A stretch of DNA of 62,913 nucleotides, filler included, from Reclinomonas americana ATCC 50394 (lineage: Eukaryota), in assembly GCA_048213135.1 (NCBI GenBank). It is 9 parts of 9 records of this genome, joined end to end, with 100 filler letters (N's around TTAATTAATTAA, not from the genome) between each part and the next. Parts side by side here need not be neighbours in the genome. Positions count along the whole stretch, not along the records: positions 37,845 to 45,849 come from AFZH01017737.1; positions 45,950 to 50,898 come from AFZH01017738.1; positions 50,999 to 56,538 come from AFZH01017739.1; 6 more parts are not named here. One strand, 5' to 3'. The notes beneath the pieces are model-generated. The model saw nothing but the letters and a program-made list of their open reading frames with translations. It did no database searches and was not told where the DNA came from. Shown here piece by piece: positions 40,853 through 51,244 of this stretch. Position numbers and translations under genes: made by a program. Each line of letters begins with the position of its first letter. Within the stretch, counting starts at the first letter, position 1.

Positions 40853-43800
40853 GCAAAGCTCGGTCGCCTGTCGACACTCAAGCGCAATGCACGAGCTGCG
40901 CACTTGGCCTTTGACGAGGACTTTGAGTCGGGCAACCTGAGGAAAGCCGTGGCCATGTTGCGTCTCTCACGCAGACAGGAGACAGAGAGAGAGAGACTCT
41001 TCTTTCCTGTGACGTTGTCCGATTTCTGACTCGTGGCACACTCAGCGGACTGCGCACGTATGACTTGTACATGAGAGCAGATGTCGCCGGAACCACCATG
41101 ACGGGCTGGTTCTACTTTGCCGCCACCAACTTTGAGGCCAATCAGGTGCCGTTTTCACGCAGCAGAGCAGCAACAGTGTGGACCTTTGTTGCAAACTCAC
41201 TCACTGGTCCTTGTGATGTAGGCGTATCGCTTCCGTGTCATGAACTTTTGGAAGAAGAGCTCGTTGTATAGCTGTGGCATGTTGCCGCTGGTGTTCTCCA
41301 CGTCGACGCCGGACCGTGGGTGGATGCGTCTCGGTCAGGATGTGGAGTATAGAGACAACGAGGAGGATGCCAAGCCGGGAGTGCGTCTGCGAACGTGTGG
41401 GAAAGAGGGAGCGGGTACAGCTGCTCATTGCTACTGTTGCTGGTTGTGCAGGGTGGAAATCAGCCGTGGCGTATCATGGCCTTTAGTTTCTCGATGGATG
41501 CCGAGATGGCCAAGGGCACGCTGTTCTTTGCGTACTGCTTCCCGTACACGTACTCGATGCTCGGCAGGTGAGACGCTGATGCCGCGTGTTGGGCATGACG
41601 TGGTGGTGAGTGTCTGACTCGCGAGGCGTGCAGCTATCTGGAGCAGCTGTGCAACGATCGTGTGCGCTCACCGCATGTGCGGCGGAAAGCGCTGTGCAAG
41701 GGGCGAAGTGGGATGAAGTGCGTCCCTCTTTCCCTCTTTTCCTGTATCCCTCCCTCCCTCGTTGCTCACCCTCTCCATCCGCAGCGTGGACGTCCTCATC
41801 ATCACCAACTACGGACCGTGCGTAAACCCGATTGAGAATCGGAGGGGAGTCGTGGTCACCTCGCGCGTGCACCCGAGTGAGAGCAACTCGAGCTGGTGCG
41901 CAAGAAGCGAATGTTGCCGTTAACCCACCTGCCAGCATTTTTTCACTGACCTCTTCTGTCACCTGCAGGGTCGTACAAGGCTTCATCAATTTCATCTCGG
42001 GACCGACAGACGAGGCTCGCTTCTTGCGCGACATGTACGTGTTCCACGTGGTGCCGATGCTGAATCCGGAGGGCGTGGTGGCCGGCAACTCGCGATGTTC
42101 GCTCAATGGGCTGGACCTGAATCGCCAGTACCTGCAAAGTCGGCGAGGACTCGAGCAGAATGCGCCTGTCGTTGCGTCTTACCACTGCCACATGCTCATT
42201 TGCCGACGGTCGACTCACGCTTGCCGCGCAGGTGCTGAGCGTCAAGTCCATGATTGAGAAAGTATGTTCGCAGCGCGAGGTCATTCTCTACTGCGACATG
42301 CACGGGTGCGTACTGTAAAAAAAGATTGAGGCTGGAGAGTTGAATCGATTGCTGAGTGCCGTACTCTTGCACAGGCACTCGCGCAAGAAGAACACCTTCT
42401 TGTACGGGTGCGAAAACTCGGGCGGATTTACGGGGCACGAAAAGATCTTCCCGCTGATGTTTGAGCGATCGTCGGTGGCGTTCTCCCTCTCCGACTGTGA
42501 CTTCCGCATTGTCAAGTCGAAGGAGAGCACTGGACGTGTGGTCGTGCGCCGTGGATACGACATTATTAATTCGTACACGCTGGAGACGAGCATGTTTGGA
42601 TCACACAAGGTTGGTGCAACAGATGCAGTGTATGTGAGAGAGGGATGAGGAAGGAGAAAGCAACTCTTGGTCTGTGTCCGCTGTAGCTGTAGGGATCCGA
42701 CCAGATTGAAGCAGGACATTCTCTTCTTTCTCTCCCCTCTCCTTCTGCCTGTTTATGTGTCTGTGTCTGACCTGTCCTCCTCTGCACTCTGGATTTTCGC
42801 TCACACACCCACGCTCTCAGTTCGGCCACTTCACCATGGACGACCTACAAGACATTGGTGTGGACTTTGCGCTGGCACTCGTGGATTTCACCTCGCTGGA
42901 GAACTGTGTCGCGTGTCTCGAATTGCTGCGACAGAACGCCAACGAAGGTACGGGAATCGTCTTGCCCCGTCCATTGTTACGACAGTCGGTGACGCAGTCG
43001 AGTGCAGGTCGTGCGGTGCCGTCGGTTGTGGATTTCGACGGCTTTGTCGATCCAATTCCAGAGCACAATTCACAGTGGGTCGAGCTGGAGGCAAAGATCA
43101 AGGTCTGTGCTTTGCTGTCATTCTTCTTCTTCGTTACGCGCGCCTCACACATGTCTCTTCTGCAGGCCGAGGCATCGATACCGGCAGTGGACACGGCCGC
43201 CGAGGCCATTGCGTGTTCTGTGGTGCCCGACGATGAGGAGAAGGAGCAGATTGACGAGGGCGGCGAGCCGTCTGCCGCAGCGACAGCAGCAGCTGCTGGA
43301 TCCGACTCGGAACGCCGACGACTCAGTTCCAACACCGCTCGACGCATCTCGGCGGCATCGATTCGCGTGCCGGCAGCTTCAGCACCAGCCTCCTCGGCCT
43401 CTTCTTCGTCGTCATCGTCATCGTCTTCTTCTTCATCGTCATCCTCCTCGGCGGTATCGACGGTGGTGACCATTCCTGCCCCGACTCCACTGTCGCCGGC
43501 CCGTGCAAGTATGGAGGGCATTGCGGATATGATCATGTCGGCGCGAGTTCCATCAGCGGCCTCGGTGCGCTCGCCGACTCAGTCGTCGCCCGTGATCGCG
43601 CCTGCCAAGGAGCCTGACCGCGCGGCGGAACCGTCAGAGACACCGCGCAGCCCACCCACTGGTTTGTTTGCGTATCTTTCTCTGTATCTCTCTCTGTGCA
43701 AGTGTGTGTATGAGAGAGAGAGAGTGAGTCTGCATGTGCGTGTGTGTGCGTGTGTGTGTGTGTGTGTGTTTGTGTGTGTGTCGCTGTCTGTCTCTCTCTT

Positions 43801-45849
43801 TCTCTTTTCCTGTCTGTCCTCTCTCTCTCTTTGTACGATACCTGCTGCGTTTCTGACTTGCGTGAGGGTGCAGCGGACGAGATGCTGCGCCGAAGAGGTG
43901 CAGACGAAGCGGTGAGTCTCGCAGGCGACACGGACGATGATGCAGTGGACACACCGAAGAGTGCCGCTGCCGGCAACAGGCGGCAAGAGGTGTCGTCGGC
44001 TTCCGGTTCGACTGGCGTCAATCTGCCACCCATCGGCTCGCCGAGTCCCACATCGCACCTCGCGACTGGCTCTCCACCAAAGCAGCGACCGGCACGGCAC
44101 ACATTCGAGTCGCAGTTGAGATTATACGAGCAGAGTATGGGCGTCTCGTCGGCGTCGGCCCCGCTGAATCCGCTGCTTCACTATGGAAGCGAGGCAACGG
44201 CTTCGTACAGCGACGGAATGGCTGACGCTCTGCCGAGTGAGCGTACTTCGGCACGCAGTCTGCGATCGCACGAGGTATGTGTGTGTGTGGTCCCTTGAGC
44301 CACATAGTGTGGCACTCACCTCATCTTGCCATGTACAGTCGGGAACGACGCCAAGGCTGACACCGACTGCGGGGCTGGGCAGCGATGGTTTGTTTGTGTG
44401 AAGAAGCAAAGCTTCTGGTGCATTCGCTGAATTCTCTCGCTACAAAGGTACACGCGCCTCCGTGCCACCACTGGCCGCCGTCGGCACTGCGCCGAGCGCC
44501 GAAAGCAGCGGCAACGGCAACAGCAATGGCGTCAATCCGTCGTCGGGGCGCAAGTCGTCGGCTCGCCGCGGCGTTCCTCTGGAGACTGTGACCTCTATTG
44601 AAAGCACACCACCAAACACGAGATTCTACGGCCGATTCTCGCCACAGGTGCGTTGCGGTATTCTTCTGCCATTGGCGTGATGGGGTTGAGTGCGCTGACT
44701 CGGTCCGCCCACACAGCGCGAGTCGTCGGCCTCGAGCAAGCAGCAGCAGAATCGGAGACAGCAGGCGGTCACCCCGCCGCCACCTCCACCGCCACCACCA
44801 GCGCAAGGGCCATCATCGTTCGCCGCCGCCATGGCGTCTGCCTCGCTGACGACCACCACGACCACCACCACGACAACGACGACGACAACCACGACCACCA
44901 CAACGCTGAGTAGTGCGACTGGCAAGGGCGACATTGTCGGTCCGCGACCACCGCCAACACAACGGCAGTCGAGCATGATTGGGGATGCGGCGTCGGTGCT
45001 GCTGGCGAACCCGGCTTTGCAAGACGAGCGCACGCTGACCATGCTGCGGCTGACGGCATTGTCCAATCCTTCTTCGGCGGCGTCGGGGCCTGTGCCCTCG
45101 AGCATGCACATTCGATCGTTCAGTGCGGTGGGACTCAGCGCCGACAGTGGCTCCGTCGCCTCGGGCGGCGCTGGCAACGACGGCAGCGAGAACGGCGACG
45201 GAGTCGGCAGTTCTTCCTTGACGCGCGTTCTCAGCGAGCTCGACGTCCATGCGGCCGCTGACAAGGCCTCACGCAGTCCCGATCCGATACACGCCCACGT
45301 GCAGGAGGCGCTGCGGCGTCAGCATCAGCGAAACAAGGTAGGCGTCGCAAGAAGGGCAAGGCGATGGGCGATCCAGATGGCTGACTTCTATTCACAGGCT
45401 CGACGGAGGTCACCCGAGGCGCTGGTGGCCGACGACGGCAGCGAGTCGGCCGAGTTGAGACGCATCCGCACCGCCGACGAACCGTTCACGACCATGGAGT
45501 CGAGACATGCGGATCCCACTCGCTCCGTGTCGCCCGTGGTGCAGGGTCCAGCGCGTCGTGGGTGCGTTTGACAATCAAACGGCGTGTGACATCTTCGAAG
45601 AAGCTCATTGTGTCTCTCTATGTTCAGTGGTGGTGGCAACCATGCGGCGCGGCAGGAGAGACGGCGATCACACGGGGCCAGTGGGAATGCACCGCGGGGG
45701 GTGTTGCAGTCGGGAGATATAACGGAGATGGTGGAGCAGGGTCTGCTGCCGAGTGCGGCGCAAATGGCCAGCGGGGTGCGGTTCCCGCGGATTGCGGCAG
45801 TGTCGGTGGCTATGAGGAGGTCGGCGGCGTCCAGGTGATTGAGCAAGGG
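40853..45849 (+). CDS. Cytosolic carboxypeptidase (CCP/AGBL, M14 tubulin deglutamylase family) with a long S/T-rich tail; N-terminal exons unresolved
   Basis: FESGNL, WFYF, YRFRVMN, FFAYCFPYTY, SRVHPSESNSSW, PMLNPEGVVAGNSRCSLNGLDLNRQY, YCDMHGHSRK, KESTGRVV and SYTLETS. Confidence 0.9.
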
Positions 45850-45949
45850 NNNNNNNNNNNNNNNNNNNNNNNNNNNNNNNNNNNNNNNNNNNNTTAATTA
45901 ATTAANNNNNNNNNNNNNNNNNNNNNNNNNNNNNNNNNNNNNNNNNNNN

Positions 45950-48566
45950 TGATGATGATTCCAGCGAGCAAGATGGCGACGACGGAGATGATGGAGGAGG
46001 CCGACGCCGCACGCGAGGTGACTACGTGGACGATGACTATCGCAGCAGGAGCAGTGGCAAGTACAGCTCCCGACGCAGCGGCAGCATCGCCACGACCGGC
46101 AGCGCCAACGGAGTCCCGCCACTCGTGCTCGACAAGATGAAGCGAGGATCAAGTGCGTGCTTGGATTGGGATGTGTGGTGGTGACGGCGATTGATGGCTG
46201 ACACTGTTGGCGCAGACGCATCGGTGGCATCGTCCACTTTCATCACTGACGTGCAGGTGGTGTCGCGACCAGTAAGTGGACAAAAACCACCCCGAGCGCA
46301 CACCCCGCGAGAGGTTCCGCTGAGTCGAAGAGCTCCGCGCGATCGCGACATTGTGGCGATGGATATGCTGGCCATTATTCGTTGCGTTCAGTTCGCAAGT
46401 GAAATAGTGCACATCAGTTGCTTACCGATGACTCTGCAGAGCGAGTGGAGGCAATGCAAGCTTCGGCGCACACCGTGCTGGCTCCGCGAACAACTAATCA
46501 CGGTAGGAGTCAGAGCAATCACGACTATTATATCGATGTGCAGCGATGCTCACCGGCAATGCACCCGATCAGATAACGTGCCGCAGAGTCGACATGGGAA
46601 ACGCAACGCATCAAGTCGTCCGACGACGCGTGAGCAAGACATGAATGACATGCTGCCGAGCGAGCGCTTGGCAGCCACGGCACAACCGCAGTCGTTGCAA
46701 GAGCGTGTCGAAGCAACTTGCCGCTATTACTGTGAAAACCCGACCGAGTATCGCGCGCTGTGCGCTCGTGTTGGTGCGTGGGCCGCGGGGAAACAGACGC
46801 ACAAATGATTTGCACTCGACTGACTTGTGGTGCGCACAGCCGAGTTCTTGGACGAGAAGCGCCAGCGACCGCTGCCGAGTGGCATTGATTTTGTCAAGCG
46901 CAACGCCACCGAGGGTGTGCAAGAGATGACGCCGCGGCTGCGTCAGGAGCACCTGGATGCCGCCATCGCCGAGACACACCGACGTTTGGCCACGGCTGCC
47001 GAGCGACACGAGGAGCACGAGAGAGCGCGCCTGCAAGACCGCGAGAACCGCGTCATGCGGTCGGCCGTCAAATTGCAAGAGGTGTGTGCTGTCATGCTTG
47101 TGTTTACCATCACGTCTGTGGACACTCATGGAAACCTACACAGGCACAAGAGAGAAAGGAGCACCTGCAATGGCTGCGACGGCTGCGACCCGTGTTTCGC
47201 AGTTGGTTCTCCATGCTGGTTCTGGTGCGCCGCGCCGCTGTCATGTCGGAGGCCCTCAAGCGAGATCGCTTGTTGCGCTACTGGATGGAGCGACGCGAGA
47301 AAGCGGCGCTTGTCTTGCAACGACGTCTGTGGAAACGATTCCGTGCATGGCGATGCCGCGTAAAGCTGTTTGCCTCGGTTCGCATTCATCGGTGAGAAGA
47401 GTGTCCTTTCGTCAACACCACTGCCGCTTCTGCGCCCACTCTGATGTTATCTCGTGGTGCAGGAACTTTTGGAGATTATTGCTGAGCGCCCGAGTGCAAC
47501 GCAAACGTCGAGCAACCAACACTATCAAGAAGTTCCTGATCAATTTGATCGGCACGCGCAAGGTGAGTGATCAGTATTCGTTTTGCTGCTTTTGTTAAAA
47601 GTAGCACCCTAACTCCAGTCAAAAAAAAACCCAGTTTGCCGCTGCAGTGAAGCAGTTCAGGTTTACTGTGCGCACGGCGCAGCGCGTCAGTCGGGAGTTT
47701 GTTCTCTGTCGGTGCGTGCAAGATGCATCTCCATACGCATGTTGTTGCTAGCTGGCCAGCGCTTCTCACTCGATGTGCAGTCGTGCGCAAATCGCCGTCA
47801 ACCACGCCAAAGTGGTGGCGTACTTGAGCATTCTGCATCGCTTCTCTATTCATTCGAATGTGGAGACCGATTGGACCGACGGAGCGTGCACGGTGCGATG
47901 CTTGCTGTCGCCTTCGAGTGCTGCTGTGAGTGCTGACATCGAAAATGGAACAGATTTCGCTCAAGAAGCTCATGGAACGCGCCTGTATGGACGAAGACAC
48001 ATTCACCAACATGCGAGAAGATCTTGGCTACTCGGCTGGCGCACCACCGCCGACCAATCAAGTCACCTAGTTGCGTCCCCCACTGCGTCAGTCTTGTTGA
48101 CGAGAGAAATGCGCTTCTTTGCTGACTGAGTACGATCGCACTCAGTGTTGTCATTCGCCGCCTGGTGCGTGCAGAAGTGTTGAAGCGACGACAGGCATAC
48201 TTGCGTGCACTGCGCGAATGGGAAACGTCGAGGAGATCGCGGCTACGTGAAACCTCGGTGCGTGTGCCGTCCGTCAGCACCTTCTCGTTTTCGTCGTCGT
48301 CGTCGTCGTCGTCTTCTCACATGTGCACTTGGTTCGCCCAGGATCGCTTCTTGCGCGAGGCCCAGCGCGTCAAGATTCTCTCGGCTCTGCACAATGGCCG
48401 CAACCCGTCGCTTGCCGACGCCCTCAGCCACGACGAGTTGACAGTGTTGCGTCGTGCAGCTGTGTCTTCTGTCGAAGCCCTGTGCCCGCCCCCACCGTGT
48501 CGGCGAATCATGACGCACGAAGAGTGCGTGGCCGTGATCAATCGTATTCTGTCAAGTATCCACTAG
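45950..48566 (+). CDS. Basic coiled-coil / IQ-like protein region (either the C-terminal part of the CCP gene across the gap or a separate gene)
   Basis: In-frame exon chain DDDSSEQDGDDG...AALVLQRRLWKRFRAWR...NFWRLLLSARVQRKRRAT...VAVINRILSSIH*, with no start codon found after the gap. Confidence 0.55.
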
Positions 48567-48694
48567 TCGAGCCTCGCCTGCATTGCCTCGCCTGCATTGC
48601 CTTTGCCTTGCCCGCATCATTCCTGTTTCCTTGTCTCCTCTGACTGCTGCACCGACGACCCCCCAGTGTTTGCACTGTTGTTGCGTTACAATAA

Positions 48695-50898
48695 TTAACT
48701 TGCAGCAGTCTGTCCCTCTCCATCTTGCTGTCCCTCTGCGGTTGCTTTCAGTGCTGTCTCGGCCTGCTCGGTGAGATTATTGATCACAGCCGCAAAATCG
48801 GCCAGCGTCAGCACGTAGCGGTTGACCGGCGGCTCAATCTCTTGTTCCACCAACACGCTCGCCTCGACCTCAATACTTCTCGCCTCTCGAGCCTTGGCAC
48901 GATCGTCGAGCACCGTCGATGTGTCGCCACCGTCGTCACCGCCACCGTCGCTGTCCCCTGCCAGCAACGACCGCACGCGCTCGTGCTCCCTGGCGGCCGC
49001 CAATTCCACCTGCACAAGTTCGAAAGGAGGGCACGGTAAGGACTGCGGCGACATTGCACGCAGGAGCAGTGCAACACAGGGTTGCGTACCACAAGCTCGG
49101 CCATGCGCTCCTTGCGGCGTGCATTGAATTCGACCCACCGTCGACAGTACTCTTTCCTGCTGTACGAGACTCGCACGCCAACCTCCTTGTCGATCATGCT
49201 CCTGGTGAAGAGGAACGTGGGGGCGGCTCGAGACGACAGGAGCTGCCTGAACCGTGCCGCGTCGTCGAAACTCAGCCGCAGGCGCTTCACGGACGGCAAC
49301 ACTGGTGGTGCAGTGGAATCCGACTGCACCGGGCAATTGTGAGAAACAAAGGAATACGCCACCGACAAGAAAGAGCAGCACGCATGCATGATGCAACTGA
49401 GGGCGGCGGTGTGTCCATCCAGTCGGCGGCCAAGTGCGAATACTCGCCAGTGCGGTGCAGCATACCGATCAGCAGAATGCACTTGCGCACGTTCATGGCT
49501 CGTTGTGCTCGCCTGCGCAGGAAAGAGGAAGGTGTTAGTGGAGTGAGGAAGGAGGAAGGAAGAATCGGAGCTCGCGCTCACCTCGAGTGCACCACGCTTT
49601 GCATGCAGCGTTTCATAAAATGCACCGCAGAACAGAAACGATGTGCGGAGGCCACCCACTGCGCACGTGCACGTGCAAGCTGGTGAGTCATACTGACGGC
49701 AAACAAGAAAGGCTCCGAACCAAGTGTGACAAACCAGGTTGCACTTGACGTAGGCGACGATTTGCACGCGAATGATGTGCGTCGCACGCCGCTTGATGGC
49801 GATACGGAGCCACAAGCGGAACCTCCACAGGTTGCTGCAGATGCGCCACACTAAAGTGAGAAGCTACGAATGCAGGGTTGGTGTGGGCTGCATTGAGCGA
49901 ACCGTGTAAGCGTCTGCTTCGCCTTGGCCACACGAAGCAGGCGTCGGGCGCGCACAATCGGATAGAATTCGCGTTGCAGTTTGATCACCGCCCACCAGAT
50001 GCGGGTCTGAAGTGCCTTTCCTTCGCGGTGATGCTTTGGGCAGAAGAATGAGTACTTGCCACAGTGGGGACGCGACTGTAAGGCGTGCAGGAAGTGGCTG
50101 TACCGTCAACGCGAATCCAAGCATTTCCAGACGGCGCAGCGTGCAGCACAAACGCATCCACAGCTGAATCGATGGACGGGCACGTCGGAAAAATGCCATC
50201 CGTTCATGCGTCTCGGCCGCCTGCATGCACCAACACCACAATTGGCTCCTGGCACAACACATACGAGATGTATCGCCTCTTCACACACGTACCAGTGCTT
50301 GCCGCTCAAACGTCTCCTCCACCATGGACTGCAGAAGTGCAGTGCGAGAGGCGTCGAGCAACTGTTTTGACTGCAAACACCGCTCCACTCTTTCCTGCAA
50401 CATCGAAGCCTGTCCGAGTACGACAACGGGTGAGTGCTGATGTGGCGACAACGACTGCATGCCATTCGAATCCCACCTTGTTCTCCACCAGCTGCTGTCG
50501 CGCATCCGGACTGCGCGGTATTTGTGCGACGGCCACCACATTCCGTTGCACAATGTCGTCGGCGTGGTTGCGCAGGGGCGACTCGGGAGCAGAGAAAGAC
50601 GAGGGGAGTGGTGGAGTCGGTTCTGCAAAGCAAAATGTGAGACTCACAGAAATGCCGTTTCCTGGAAACTGACAAGCACACAAACCATCAATGTACCGCA
50701 TGACACGAACGTGCTCGTCGGGGTTGATCTTGCAGAGACGAATGGTGGCACGCACACGCTCGGCGGGAGGCAGACCCAGCGCCTCAATGTCGTCCAGTGT
50801 CATCAGCTCCAGGTTCAACGGTTGCATTGAGGGTGCCTTGGAGGTGGGTGACCGGTGTCGAGTGCGTCGACCTGGAGGCGAGTGTGCCCTGTGGTCGG
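48695..50898 (-). CDS. Basic coiled-coil / IQ-like protein, 5' end in the gap; paralogue of the opposite-strand region
   Basis: Exons include AVIKLQREFYPIVRARRLLR, SNLWRFRLWLRIAIKRRATHIIR and EPPVNRYVLTLADFAAVINNL. Stop at 48695-48697. Confidence 0.55.
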
Positions 50899-51042
50899 NN
50901 NNNNNNNNNNNNNNNNNNNNNNNNNNNNNNNNNNNNNNNNNNTTAATTAATTAANNNNNNNNNNNNNNNNNNNNNNNNNNNNNNNNNNNNNNNNNNNNGA
51001 GCGAGAGCTCGCTGCGGCTGAAGTGCGGCGATCAGAAGGAAA

Positions 51043-51124
51043 CGTGTGCTGACCGTTACACCACCGGGGTATCAGGAAGTCACCCCGGGCGGGAGTCGAA
51101 CCCACATCTCGTGCGTGATAGGCA
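51043..51124 (-). tRNA. Circularly permuted tRNA gene, Asp-type body, anticodon ATC
   Basis: On the minus strand, the 3' half 51124-51081 (TGC CTATCAC GCACG AGAT GTGGG TTCGACT CCCGC CCGGGGT G) comes first, then the spacer ACTTCCTGAT (51080-51071), then the 5' half 51070-51043 (ACCCCGG TG GTGT AACGGTCA GCAC A CG). Re-joined, the halves give a fully paired 72-nt cloverleaf. Confidence 0.85.
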
Positions 51125-51244
51125 AAGAACTGATCTGCCAAGGTCAGCCAGCGAGCTCTCGAGAGGTCTTCATTCACCAGCTAAGGGAGGAATGAGAAGG
51201 CGGGGAAAAAGAGAGAAAGAACAACAATGGCACGTGTGGGCGCC

